The position numbers were made by a program, and so were the translations under genes. This document shows positions 27,531 to 42,014 of a stretch of 64,000 nt of DNA, piece after piece. Every line of letters begins with the position of its first letter. Positions within the stretch are counted from its first letter, which is position 1. The DNA comes from Arcobacteraceae bacterium (GTDB lineage Bacteria; Campylobacterota; Campylobacteria; Campylobacterales; Arcobacteraceae), in the NCBI GenBank assembly GCA_963662945.1, contig OY759974.1, positions 1,376,001-1,440,000 on the forward strand, read 5' to 3'. The notes beneath the pieces are model-generated. The model was given only the letters and a program-made list of their open reading frames with translations, did no database searches and was not told where the DNA came from.

Positions 27531-28823
27531 TTAGAATGTGTATTTAAGTTGAAGTCTTGAGTAATCAGATGAATAATCTGCAGTTTTTACACCAGCAGTA
27601 TTTTTTGTCTCATCTTGTAAGATAGAGTATCTACCGTGGATTGTAAAGTTTTTAGACATTTTGTATGTAAGTTTTAAAAGTAACTCTGATGCTTCTCTAT
27701 CACCAGTTTTAGCAGCATTGTCATAGTTTGTACCTTCAGCTACTGCGTAAGCAACACCAGCTGTTACTTTATCCATAATTGGTGCATCAGCAGTAATAGC
27801 TATAACTTCACCATCATTAAGTCCTGATGTAGAAAGTTGCCAAATTTTAGCATGTACTTTTGCATCATTATCACCATCAATAGCAACATTACTATTTTCT
27901 GCAGTAAGTCCATCAGCAGTACCTTTTTGAGCATTTGTTACAGCGTATAATGCACCAAGTTTTATACCAGCTACAGAAGTTCCAACGCTAAATTTAGTAA
28001 CTTCAGCATCTTCGAATTTTGCAGTTCCTCTATCATCTGTAGAAGCAACTGTGTGTCTTAAATCAAATGTAAATCCAGCAACTTTTGCACCAAGGTTGAT
28101 AGAGTATCTTTTTGATTCAACACCTACACCATTAGCATTAACATTTGCAGGACTAGCAATATCAGTCATGTTGTAGTTAACTGCATAGTTAAACATTGAA
28201 ACGTTACCCATTGCGATTAATTCTGTAGTAGTTGTATCACTTACAATATTGTTATTTAAGAAGTGAGCACCAGCTAAAGTAATAGCATCAGAAATTCTTT
28301 GTACTGCAACGATACCAGCACCTTGTTTTACTGTATCAGTTTGGTCTACGAATACAGATGGGATGTTTTGTTTACCAGCCATAACTGTTGTGTTACCCAT
28401 TGCAAATGTAAAGTAAGCTTGATCAACACTTACAGGAGCTGTAGTATCACCATCAGCAGTTTCAGTAACAATACTATTTACTGAACCATTTCCTCCAGTT
28501 ATTCCACCATTTGTATCTCTTAATGCATCATCTTCACTATTTACAGTTGTAATCTCATCAAATCCAGCAGAAACTGTTGCAGAAACGATATCATTAATTT
28601 TAGAGTTAACTGTTACATTGATGCTGTACTCATTCCAGTTAGCACTTCTATCATTGTTATTAGCTGTTTTATCATCAATTGCTTTATCTTCTAATCTGTA
28701 GTCAACGTATCCAGATACATCAACACCTTTGATCATCTCTTCTAAATTACCTGCGAATGCAGATGTACTGAAAGCTGAAACTGCTACTGCAGCTGCTAAA
28801 CTCATTTTAATTGTGTTTTTCAT
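27531..28823 (-). CDS. Major outer membrane protein / porin (Campylobacter MOMP family)
   Basis: MSLAAAVAV signal, LEEMIKGVDVSGYVDYR, QAYFT...AGKQ and C-terminal RLQLKYTF. Confidence 0.88.
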   Translation of the reverse strand: MKNTIKMSLAAAVAVSAFSTSAFAGNLEEMIKGVDVSGYVDYRLEDKAIDDKTANNNDRSANWNEYSINVTVNSKINDIVSATVSAGFDEITTVNSEDDALRDTNGGITGGNGSVNSIVTETADGDTTAPVSVDQAYFTFAMGNTTVMAGKQNIPSVFVDQTDTVKQGAGIVAVQRISDAITLAGAHFLNNNIVSDTTTTELIAMGNVSMFNYAVNYNMTDIASPANVNANGVGVESKRYSINLGAKVAGFTFDLRHTVASTDDRGTAKFEDAEVTKFSVGTSVAGIKLGALYAVTNAQKGTADGLTAENSNVAIDGDNDAKVHAKIWQLSTSGLNDGEVIAITADAPIMDKVTAGVAYAVAEGTNYDNAAKTGDREASELLLKLTYKMSKNFTIHGRYSILQDETKNTAGVKTADYSSDYSRLQLKYTF

Positions 28824-29125
28824 TTTTTTCCTTTTGTTCTAAATTTCGAAATTTAACAATTGCGTGACATATACAGAATATAGGCCTATCACAATGTTAT
28901 GATGTAATCTTACTTTAGTACTCTTAAACTTTACTTAAAGCATAATAAAATTAGTTACAATGTGATTACATTAAGTTATATTTAAGAAACTGTATACTTT
29001 TTTTGAGCGTTAAGTATTTAAGGTAGTTTAAAGATATTATTATAAGTTAGTTATGTATAAAGGCTAACTTTAGTAAAAAAAGGATATAATCCCAAAATAA
29101 TCATAGATAAAATATAGGGTGAGAA

Positions 29126-30742
29126 ATGACTAAATACATATTTGTAACAGGTGGGGTTTTAAGTAGTTTAGGTAAAGGGATTACTAGTGCTAGTATAGCA
29201 GCTTTATTAAAACAAAGTGGATTTGATGTAAGTATGCTTAAGATTGATCCTTACTTAAATGTTGACCCAGGAACAATGAGTCCATTAGAACATGGAGAGG
29301 TATTCGTTACGGCAGATGGAGCAGAAACAGACCTTGACCTTGGGCATTATGAAAGATTTATCGATAAAACTCTAGGTAAAATGAATAACTTTACTACAGG
29401 TCAAGTATATAGTAGTGTTATCCAAAAAGAAAGAGAAGGTGGATATCTTGGACAAACTATTCAAGTAATACCTCATATAGTAGATGAAATTAAAAGAAGA
29501 ATATACAAAGCTGGAAAAGGTCATGATTTTCTAATAGTTGAACTTGGTGGAACTGTTGGAGATATAGAAGGTTTACCATTTATGGAAGCAGTAAGAGAAG
29601 TACGACATGAAAATCCAAAAACAACAACTATGAATATTCATGTTACATTAGTTCCTTATATAGCAGCAGCTGGTGAGTTAAAAACAAAACCAACACAACA
29701 CTCCGTACAAGAATTAAGAAGAATTGGTATTATGCCACATATGCTTGTATGTAGAACAGAAAAGAAACTTCCTATAGAATTAAAAAGAAAGTTAGCATAC
29801 TCTTGTGATGTTGAAGAAGATGCAGTTGTTGAAGCAGGAGATGCACAAACAATATATCAAGTACCTATGAACTTTTTAAAAGAAGATATTTTAAAACCTA
29901 TTGCAAAACATTTTGAACTTGCAGAGTTGAAACCTGATATGGAAAAATGGGATAGTTTAGTAAAACATATAATAGCACCAAAAGATGAGATTAATATTGC
30001 TTTTGTAGGAAAATATTTAGAACTTAAAGAATCATATAAGTCATTAATTGAAGCACTAACTCACTGTGGAGCGCACTTAAATGCAAAGATTAACATTAAT
30101 TGGTGTGATAGTGAAAAAATAGAGCAAGAGGGTGCAGAGAAAATCATAGCAGATAGTTGTTGTGTACTTGTAGCTGGTGGATTTGGTGAACGTGGTGTTG
30201 AAGGAAAAATTCAAGCTATACAATATGCAAGAGAAAATAGATTACCATACTTGGGTATCTGTTTAGGTATGCAATTATCTATTATAGAATATCTAAGAAA
30301 TGTTGTAGGTATAAAAGAAGCTACAAGTGTAGAGTTCGATAAAGATACAAAAGAACCAGCAATATATCTAATCGAACAATTTTTAGATACTACAGGTGAT
30401 ACGCAATTACGAACACACCAATCACCTATGGGTGGTACACTAAGACTCGGAGAATATCCTTTTGAAACAAAAAAAGGAAGTCATCTTGAAGCAGCTTATG
30501 GAACAGGTATATCTTATGAAAGACATAGACATAGATATGAAGCAAACCCTGCGTATAAAGAAGTATTAGAAAAAAATGGAATGATTATTACAGGTGAATC
30601 ACATGGATTAATAGAGGTTGTAGAGATACCAAGTCATCCTTGGTTTGTTGGCGTACAATTTCACCCAGAGTTTACAAGTAGTTTACAAACACCTAATCCT
30701 ATCATATTTGATTTTGTAAAAAATGGGTTATTGAATAAATAG
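29126..30742 (+). CDS. pyrG: CTP synthase
   Basis: [49 protein letters not shown]. Confidence 0.98.
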   Translation: MTKYIFVTGGVLSSLGKGITSASIAALLKQSGFDVSMLKIDPYLNVDPGTMSPLEHGEVFVTADGAETDLDLGHYERFIDKTLGKMNNFTTGQVYSSVIQKEREGGYLGQTIQVIPHIVDEIKRRIYKAGKGHDFLIVELGGTVGDIEGLPFMEAVREVRHENPKTTTMNIHVTLVPYIAAAGELKTKPTQHSVQELRRIGIMPHMLVCRTEKKLPIELKRKLAYSCDVEEDAVVEAGDAQTIYQVPMNFLKEDILKPIAKHFELAELKPDMEKWDSLVKHIIAPKDEINIAFVGKYLELKESYKSLIEALTHCGAHLNAKININWCDSEKIEQEGAEKIIADSCCVLVAGGFGERGVEGKIQAIQYARENRLPYLGICLGMQLSIIEYLRNVVGIKEATSVEFDKDTKEPAIYLIEQFLDTTGDTQLRTHQSPMGGTLRLGEYPFETKKGSHLEAAYGTGISYERHRHRYEANPAYKEVLEKNGMIITGESHGLIEVVEIPSHPWFVGVQFHPEFTSSLQTPNPIIFDFVKNGLLNK

Positions 30743-30765
30743 TTTAGTTACTCTATTATATAGTT

Positions 30766-30797
30766 AAAAAGGCGAGGTTTTTACCTTGCCTTTTTTT
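30766..30797 (+). terminator. Intrinsic terminator after pyrG
   Basis: AAAAAGGCGAGG...CCTTGCC followed by T7. Confidence 0.85.
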
Positions 30798-30843
30798 ATA
30801 AAAAAAGAATTTGAAAATTTCAGCCACACTTAAGCTGTAGCTC

Positions 30844-30880
30844 TTGACAAAGCCAAAAAATTTTATTATAATTCGCGTCC
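30844..30880 (+). promoter_or_regulatory. rrn operon sigma70 promoter
   Basis: TTGACA (30844-30849), 17-bp spacer, TATAAT (30867-30872) and GC-rich discriminator TCGCGTCC. Confidence 0.88.
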
Positions 30881-30967
30881 AATTAAAGTAAGACACTTTA
30901 AGAAGAGAGTATAAACGGGTTGTTTAGATTCAATAACTTCAAGAAGAGAGAAAAATTAATTAGGAAA

Positions 30968-30977
30968 AGTTCTTTAA
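30968..30977 (+). promoter_or_regulatory. boxA-like antitermination element
   Basis: AGTTCTTTAA in the rrn leader. The same 10-mer recurs in the ITS at 32847-32856, with a variant at 33222-33231. Confidence 0.55.
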
Positions 30978-31027
30978 AAAAAATAATGTTAATAAATAAA
31001 ATCAAGTTTATTTAAATTACTGAGAAG

Positions 31028-31052
31028 TAATCTTTATAAACTAGATACAAGA
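31028..31052 (+). other. 5' arm of the pre-16S processing stem
   Basis: TAATCTTTATAAACTAGATACAAGA is complementary, with one bulge, to 32870-32895. An equivalent stem pairs 33303-33322 with 36294-36313 around the 23S gene. Confidence 0.8.
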
Positions 31053-31224
31053 AGAATTAAATATAGAGTAATTTATATTTGATAAACTTCGTCTATAAAC
31101 TTTATGAGTTTTAGTTTTAAAACTAAAAACAAATAAATATAATTGAATCTTTAAAAAGATTCAGTGATTTTTAGGTAAAAACTTAAAAGTCAAGATTAAA
31201 CAAACCAAACTAAGAGATTAGTTT

Positions 31225-32743
<1,519 letters not shown>

Positions 32744-32991
32744 AAAGATATAACTTAACTATTCGTTTAGTTGAGTTCAATGAATAAAAAGTTATATAAT
32801 AAGATATAACAAATTGATGTAAAAAATAGTACAACATCGAGACGAAAGTTCTTTAATCTCATAAAGACATCTTGCTATCTAGTTTATAAAGATTATATGA
32901 ATAATCTTAAAAGAACAGAACATTATTTATTAACAAAGATGTTAAAACATCCTAGTCAATAATGAGAGATCATTATTAACTAAGTATTCAT

Positions 32992-33068
32992 GGGCCTATA
33001 GCTCAGCTGGCTAGAGCGCTCGACTGATAATCGTGAGGTCACAGGTTCAAGTCCTGTTAGGCCCACCA
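32992..33068 (+). tRNA. tRNA-Ile(GAT)
   Basis: Acceptor stem GGGCCTA/TAGGCCC, anticodon loop CTGATAA, T-loop TTCAAGT and encoded CCA. Confidence 0.97.
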
Positions 33069-33069
33069 T

Positions 33070-33145
33070 GGGGAATTAGCTCAGCTGGGAGAGCGCCTGC
33101 CTTGCACGTAGGAGGTCAGCGGTTCGATCCCGCTATTCTCCACCA
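33070..33145 (+). tRNA. tRNA-Ala(TGC)
   Basis: GGGGAAT/ATTCTCC acceptor stem with G3:U70, anticodon loop CTTGCAC, TTCGATC and encoded CCA. Confidence 0.97.
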
Positions 33146-33393
33146 TAGGAAAGAGATACAGAAGAAGTTAAATATTAGTTCTAATTGTAGAATTAATATT
33201 TGATTTCAAAAGAGATCAAAGAGTTATTTAAAAACATACTGTTAAAGTCTTTATTTTTCTAAAGAAAATAAAAATACAATTTTAAATATTATTTTATTGA
33301 AGTTACATTTAATAAGATAGTAGCTAAAGAATAATCATAACAAAGCAAAAAAGAACTGTATTAGCAATAATACAAATTCTTCTTTAATTTATC

Positions 33394-36275
<2,882 letters not shown>

Positions 36276-36402
36276 ATAAGATTATCTTTAGTTTACTATC
36301 TTATTAAATGTAATAAGATATATTTAGAATGTATTTTTACTTTAGAACAAAGACTTTAACTGTATTACTTTATACACAACTTTTAAATGAGACATTTTAA
36401 AT

Positions 36403-36517
36403 GTTGGTGGTTATAGAGGAGAGGAAATACCCAGCCCCATTTCGAACCTGGTAGTCAAGCTCTCCATCGCCGATAATACTGCCGGGTCCCCTGGTGGAAA
36501 CGTAGGTCGCTGCCAAC
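36403..36517 (+). rRNA. rrf: 5S rRNA
   Basis: GTTGGTGG...CTGCCAAC terminal helix, CCCATTTCGAAC and GCCGATAATACT. Confidence 0.95.
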
Positions 36518-36667
36518 TTTTAAGGTGTCTCTTTTTTTTACTTCTTTTTGGAAGCTTTTATGCCTCCTTTTGCTTTTTTCTATTCTTTTATTGCTAATCT
36601 TTTAAATTTATTACAATTTTGTTATTTTTACTTTTTATTTTTTACTTTAATTTGGTAGAATCTATTT

Positions 36668-37156
36668 ATGAAAAATCAATTAACAAACGAACAATTAGAA
36701 CAAGACCCTGAAATAGCAAGAGTATCAGCCGAAGTATTAGATCATATGATGAATCCTAGAAATTATGGAAAAATGGAAAATGCTGACGGTATTGGTATGG
36801 GAGTTGATAAAAAAACTGGTGAATTTGCTATGGTATACATAAAAATTAATGATGGGACACTTTCAGATATTACATTTGGATGTAATGCTTGTCAAGATAC
36901 AGTCGTAGCTGGATCATTATTTACAGAAATGGTTAAAGGTGACACTTTAGATAATGCAATTTCAGCTTTAAAATTAATGACAGAAAAAATTTTAATGGCA
37001 CCAAAAAGACAACAAGCATGTTCAAACATGGTATTAACTGCATTTAGAGCTGCTATAATCAATAGAGACAATAAAATAGCTGAAATGGATGAGGAGATGT
37101 TTACAATAGATATGAAAGAGTCTTGTGAAGGAATAAATTTAAATGAATCTATCTAG
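36668..37156 (+). CDS. IscU/NifU-N-like Fe-S scaffold variant
   Basis: LDHMMNPRNYG, FGCNAC...AGSLFTEMVKG, RQQACS. The first canonical Cys (xCGD) is replaced by TGE. Confidence 0.75.
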   Translation: MKNQLTNEQLEQDPEIARVSAEVLDHMMNPRNYGKMENADGIGMGVDKKTGEFAMVYIKINDGTLSDITFGCNACQDTVVAGSLFTEMVKGDTLDNAISALKLMTEKILMAPKRQQACSNMVLTAFRAAIINRDNKIAEMDEEMFTIDMKESCEGINLNESI

Positions 37157-37979
37157 TATTTATCAATCTAAACATGAGTTATGGTTAAAAATATTATTCA
37201 CTTCTTTTGCTATTAATAATGAAAAAATAAAAAATACTATTTATGAATTTGCAATGATTGAATTTAGACATTTAAAGTGGCTATCAAATTATTTAAAAGA
37301 AAATGATATTACATATAATTATGAGAAATATGCAATTGAGATTGAAAAACAAACAAATTTTGAATATTTTACATACTTAATAAATGAAATAAAATTATGT
37401 GTGAAAAATTATAATCCAGAAGAAGCTATATTTGCTAGAATAATATCTGATGAATTCTATTTTATGAGTGTATTAGAAAGATTATTAAGAGATGAAAATA
37501 ATAATGAAGATATAACTGCTTTTAATAAAAATAGAACATATGAAAATAAAGATTTAGATTGTACATCAAGAGATGCATTGACACTTTTTCTGTTTGAAGA
37601 GAGTTATAAAGAATATGAACTTATACTTTTGTACTCTTATTTTCAAAATTATACTAAAGACTTACTCCAATACAATATATATCAAGATATGATAGATGAG
37701 TCGCAATTTCATTTAAAAAGTTTTGGAAATATGATGGCAAAAATGGGGATATTAGCAATCCCACGAACTGTAATAGAGCAATTGTATGTAAATAAAGATA
37801 TAAAACAATTTTTAATAGATGGTGTTGATGAAGAGATAAAAGCAAAAGAAGAGTGTGCTAATCTTGCAGCTGCAATTAAAGATGAAGAGATAAGTAAGTT
37901 TTTAACGTGTGTAATGTATCAAGAAAACTACCATATAGAACTTATGAAAAAAGCTATTAAAAAAATAGAAAATAGTTAG
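37143..37979 (+). CDS. Tandem ferritin-like (di-metal carboxylate) protein
   Basis: Helical protein with IEFRH, DESQFH and QENYH motifs plus upstream Glu-rich helices, arranged as two four-helix units. Confidence 0.65.
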   Translation: MNLSSIYQSKHELWLKILFTSFAINNEKIKNTIYEFAMIEFRHLKWLSNYLKENDITYNYEKYAIEIEKQTNFEYFTYLINEIKLCVKNYNPEEAIFARIISDEFYFMSVLERLLRDENNNEDITAFNKNRTYENKDLDCTSRDALTLFLFEESYKEYELILLYSYFQNYTKDLLQYNIYQDMIDESQFHLKSFGNMMAKMGILAIPRTVIEQLYVNKDIKQFLIDGVDEEIKAKEECANLAAAIKDEEISKFLTCVMYQENYHIELMKKAIKKIENS

Positions 37980-37982
37980 TAG

Positions 37983-39173
37983 ATGGATTTAGAAAAATAT
38001 AATTTTACTGTTTCACAAAAAAAGATTTTAGACGATATAAAAAAAGACTTTTTTATGTGGAATGAAAAGTCTTTTGAAGATATCTTTCCAGAAGAGTATG
38101 AAGAAAAATATACTGGAAAACAACTATCTAAAAAAATATTTGAATACTATGCAAAGAGACATAAAGAACTTCAAGAAAAACCAAATGATTATACACAGTT
38201 TGATGATATTAAATATAATGTACGAAAGTTTGAATTTCAACAAATAGAGAAAAAAGGGATTGGACTTGGTGCTTGCCCAGTTGCCAGTGAAGGAACAAGA
38301 TGTTGTAATCTTTTAACGCTTGATGCTGTTGAGTCTTGTGGATTTGATTGTAGCTATTGTTCAATTCAAAGTTTTTATAACCAAAACAAGATAGGATTTG
38401 ATAAAGATTTTAAACAAAAACTTTTGAATTTAGAACTTAATCCAAATGAGATTTATCATATCGGAACTGGTCAAAGTAGTGATAGTTTAATGTGGGGAAA
38501 TAGAGCAGGAATTCTTGATGCTCTTTTTGATTTTGCTAACAATAATCCTAATGTAATACTTGAATTTAAAACAAAATCGGATAATATAAAATATTTTCTT
38601 GAAAACGATGTTCCAAAAAATATTATAGTAACATGGTCACTTAATACTCCAATAATCATACAAAATGAGGAACATCTTACTGCTTCATTGGAAGAGAGAA
38701 TCAATAGTGCTAGAGCATTATCAGACAAAGGTGTTTTAGTAGGGTTTCATTTTCATCCAATAGTTGTATATAAAGATTATTTAAATGATTATAAAAAGAT
38801 ATATGAGACTTTACTTGAAACATTTATACCTGAGGAAGTTGTTCTTATTTCAATGGGAACATTAACTTTTATAAAACCTGTCATAAAACAACTTCGAGCA
38901 AGAGAGATGAAAACAAAAATTCTTCAAATGCCTTTTGAAACAATTAATGGAAAACAATCATATAATATAGAAACTAAAAAAGAGATGTTTTCACATCTTT
39001 ATAATAGTTTTAAACCTTGGCATGGAAAAGTATATTTTTATATGTGTATGGAAGCACATAGTTTATGGAAAGATGTTTTTGGATATGAGTATTCAAGCAA
39101 TAATCAAATGGAAGAGTTTATGAAAAATTCATATATGGGAAAGATAAATAAAAATGATAGAATCATTCTTTGA
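37983..39173 (+). CDS. Spore-photoproduct-lyase-like radical SAM protein
   Basis: CGFDCSYC cluster motif, GTGQSSDS, LEFKTKSDNI, WSLN...E...ASLEERI, GFHFHPI, YMCME. Confidence 0.85.
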   Translation: MDLEKYNFTVSQKKILDDIKKDFFMWNEKSFEDIFPEEYEEKYTGKQLSKKIFEYYAKRHKELQEKPNDYTQFDDIKYNVRKFEFQQIEKKGIGLGACPVASEGTRCCNLLTLDAVESCGFDCSYCSIQSFYNQNKIGFDKDFKQKLLNLELNPNEIYHIGTGQSSDSLMWGNRAGILDALFDFANNNPNVILEFKTKSDNIKYFLENDVPKNIIVTWSLNTPIIIQNEEHLTASLEERINSARALSDKGVLVGFHFHPIVVYKDYLNDYKKIYETLLETFIPEEVVLISMGTLTFIKPVIKQLRAREMKTKILQMPFETINGKQSYNIETKKEMFSHLYNSFKPWHGKVYFYMCMEAHSLWKDVFGYEYSSNNQMEEFMKNSYMGKINKNDRIIL

Positions 39174-39759
39174 AGGTTTTCTTTTAGGTTTAGGTGCAGC
39201 TGTACCTTTAGGACCTATTAATATCCTTATTATGAATCAAGCACTTAAAAATTATAAATTTGGAGTTGCTACTGGATTTGGGGCTATGAGTGCAGATATG
39301 ATATATTTAATAATGATATTTATAGGACTAATTAGTTTTATGAATAACCCTATATTTTTAAATATTTTAGGAATTTTAGGAAGTTTATTTTTATTATATC
39401 TTGGGATAAAAATTTATCAGAATAGAAATAAACAATTAGAATCGCATCAAAGTAAAATTACAACACATAATATTTTTAAAATATATATACAAGGATTTAT
39501 ATTAACTTTATTAAATCCATATACAATTGCCTTTTGGCTTAGTATTGCTGGATATGTAGTTAATAAAGAACTTGATATTTTTTTTACCATAGCTGGAATG
39601 CTTAGTGCTATAACTTTATGGATTACTATGATGCCATACTTTATAAATAAAACAAAACATAAAATATCACAAAGGGTTTCAGTCTTTATTAATATTTTTT
39701 CTTTTGTTATTTTATGTGGATTTGCAATCTCATTATTTGTTCATGTTTTGTTTTACTAA
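39154..39759 (+). CDS. LysE/RhtB-family transporter
   Basis: GFLLGLGAAVPLGPIN, GAMSAD, GFILTLLNPY; six TM segments. Confidence 0.9.
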   Translation: MIESFFEGFLLGLGAAVPLGPINILIMNQALKNYKFGVATGFGAMSADMIYLIMIFIGLISFMNNPIFLNILGILGSLFLLYLGIKIYQNRNKQLESHQSKITTHNIFKIYIQGFILTLLNPYTIAFWLSIAGYVVNKELDIFFTIAGMLSAITLWITMMPYFINKTKHKISQRVSVFINIFSFVILCGFAISLFVHVLFY

Positions 39760-40040
39760 ATAGTTTTGAGTAAAACTTCTGTAGAAACAAGAGGGAAAGG
39801 ACTCTTAAGTTGTCTCATAAGTGCCGCTCTTATATCTGAATCAGTTTTTTGAGCATACTTATTTGCATCAGCTTTAATAGTTTGTTCTACTGATTTATTA
39901 AGTTGTTCTTGTTGTTTAATATCTGACGCAACTTCTTTTGTATTTGATTTAATATCTTGAAGTCTACTTTGTTGGTTATTTCGAAACTCTGTAGCATCAT
40001 AAATTTGCATAGAAGAGACAGATGTATTATTTGTAACCAT
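39756..40040 (-). CDS. Small hypothetical protein (94 aa)
   Basis: SD GAGGA upstream of ATG and an extended -10 TGATATACT further upstream. Plausible composition; 4-bp convergent overlap with the LysE gene. Confidence 0.6.
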   Translation of the reverse strand: MVTNNTSVSSMQIYDATEFRNNQQSRLQDIKSNTKEVASDIKQQEQLNKSVEQTIKADANKYAQKTDSDIRAALMRQLKSPFPLVSTEVLLKTI

Positions 40041-40185
40041 TTATTCCTCACAAAAGTTATTTTATACAGTAAGTATATCATAAAATAATCTAAAATTATT
40101 TTATGAAAGAGTATTACTTTATTGAAAAAACTATTAATAATTGAACTTTTGATACAATAAGAGGTTAATTTAAAGGATAATAGAA

Positions 40186-41400
40186 ATGAATAAAAAACCA
40201 TATTTAGAAACAATGCCTGATGAAAATGGCTATTTTGGTAGATTTGGAGGTGCATATATTCCTCCTCAATTAGAGAAACCATTTGCAGAGATTACCAAAG
40301 CGTATAATAAATTATCAAAATCACATAACTATATTAGTGAACTAAGAAGTATTAGAAAACATTATCAAGGAAGACCAACTCCAGTATATTATTGTAAAAA
40401 CCTTAGTGAATTTATAGGTGGAGGACAAATATATTTAAAAAGGGAAGATCTAAATCATACAGGTGCACATAAATTGAATCACTGTATGGCAGAGGGATTA
40501 CTTGCTAAATATCTTGGAAAGAAAAAGCTTATTGCTGAAACAGGTGCTGGACAACATGGAGTTGCTTTAGCTACAGCTGCTGCATATTTTGGATTAGAGT
40601 GTGAAATTCATATGGGTGAAGTAGATATAAAAAAAGAGCATCCAAATGTAGTACGAATGCAAATACTTGGTGCCAAAGTTGTTCCAGCAACTCATGGACT
40701 TAAAACTCTGAAAGAAGCTGTAGATAGTGCTTTTGAAGCGTATTTAAAAGATACAGATACACAAATGTTTGCAATAGGTTCAGTTGTAGGACCACATCCA
40801 TTTCCTAGAATGGTAAGAGATTTTCAATCTATTGTAGGTTTTGAAGCACGTGAACAATTTGTTGAAATGACTGGAAATTTACCAGACGTTGTTGCTGCTT
40901 GTGTAGGTGGTGGAAGTAATGCTATGGGTATTTTTAGTGGATTTATTGATGATGAAGTAAAATTATATGGTGTTGAACCGATGGGAAAAGGTGATAAAAT
41001 AGGTGAACATAGTGCAAGTTTAACTTATGGAAAAGAGGGAATTATGCATGGTTTTAATTCTATAATGTTGACTGATGAAAAAGGGGAACCAGCTCCAGTA
41101 CACTCTATAGGAAGTGGTATAGATTATCCTTCAATTGGACCTGAACATGCTTATTTAAACAGTATAGGAAGAACAAACATTGGTCTTTGTAACGATGATG
41201 AAGCGGTTGATGCATTCTATAAACTATCTCAATATGAAGGAATTATTCCTGCTTTAGAATCTGCACATGCAGTAGCTTTTGCAATGAAATATGCTACTGA
41301 ACATCCAAATGAATCAATTTTAGTCAACTTAAGTGGTAGAGGGGATAAAGATATTGATTTTATAGTTGAAAATTATCCAATACCAAAAAAAAGTAATTAA
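40186..41400 (+). CDS. trpB: Tryptophan synthase beta chain
   Basis: [12 protein letters not shown] (PLP Lys), [44 protein letters not shown]. Confidence 0.96.
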   Translation: MNKKPYLETMPDENGYFGRFGGAYIPPQLEKPFAEITKAYNKLSKSHNYISELRSIRKHYQGRPTPVYYCKNLSEFIGGGQIYLKREDLNHTGAHKLNHCMAEGLLAKYLGKKKLIAETGAGQHGVALATAAAYFGLECEIHMGEVDIKKEHPNVVRMQILGAKVVPATHGLKTLKEAVDSAFEAYLKDTDTQMFAIGSVVGPHPFPRMVRDFQSIVGFEAREQFVEMTGNLPDVVAACVGGGSNAMGIFSGFIDDEVKLYGVEPMGKGDKIGEHSASLTYGKEGIMHGFNSIMLTDEKGEPAPVHSIGSGIDYPSIGPEHAYLNSIGRTNIGLCNDDEAVDAFYKLSQYEGIIPALESAHAVAFAMKYATEHPNESILVNLSGRGDKDIDFIVENYPIPKKSN

Positions 41401-41405
41401 TACTT

Positions 41406-42014
41406 ATGTTACATGATATAGTGAATTTTATCGTAGATACAGTTAGTAGTTTAGGTTATATTGGAATCTTTATAATGATGTTTTTAGAAAGCTCATTTTT
41501 CCCTTTTCCAAGTGAAGTGGTAATGGTACCTGCTGGTTACCTTGCTTCAAAAGGTGAGATGAATATTTATATAGCTATTGGAGCTGGAATTGTAGGAAGT
41601 CTAGCTGGTGCTGTGTTTAATTATTTTTTAGCAGTGAAGTATGGGAGAGCTTTTTTATCTCGATATGGGAAGTATGTTTTAATCAAAGAAGAAACACTAC
41701 AAAAGATGGAAGATTTTTTTGCAAAACATGGACATATTTCTACTTTTAGCGGAAGACTTATTCCTGCTGTGAGACAATACATCTCATTGCCTGCTGGACT
41801 TGCTCGGATGAATCTATGGAAGTTTTCATTATATACAAGTTTAGGTGCAGGTATTTGGGTATTGATTCTTACTTTACTAGGATATTTTATAGGGCAAAAT
41901 GAAGTATTGGTTAAAGAATATTTGCAGATAATCATTATTACAATTTTAGCTTTCTTGAGTATATTGATATTTTTTTATGTAAGAATTAAAATGAAAAAAG
42001 AGATTATCAAATGA
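41406..42014 (+). CDS. DedA-family membrane protein
   Basis: [29 protein letters not shown]. Confidence 0.93.
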   Translation: MLHDIVNFIVDTVSSLGYIGIFIMMFLESSFFPFPSEVVMVPAGYLASKGEMNIYIAIGAGIVGSLAGAVFNYFLAVKYGRAFLSRYGKYVLIKEETLQKMEDFFAKHGHISTFSGRLIPAVRQYISLPAGLARMNLWKFSLYTSLGAGIWVLILTLLGYFIGQNEVLVKEYLQIIIITILAFLSILIFFYVRIKMKKEIIK

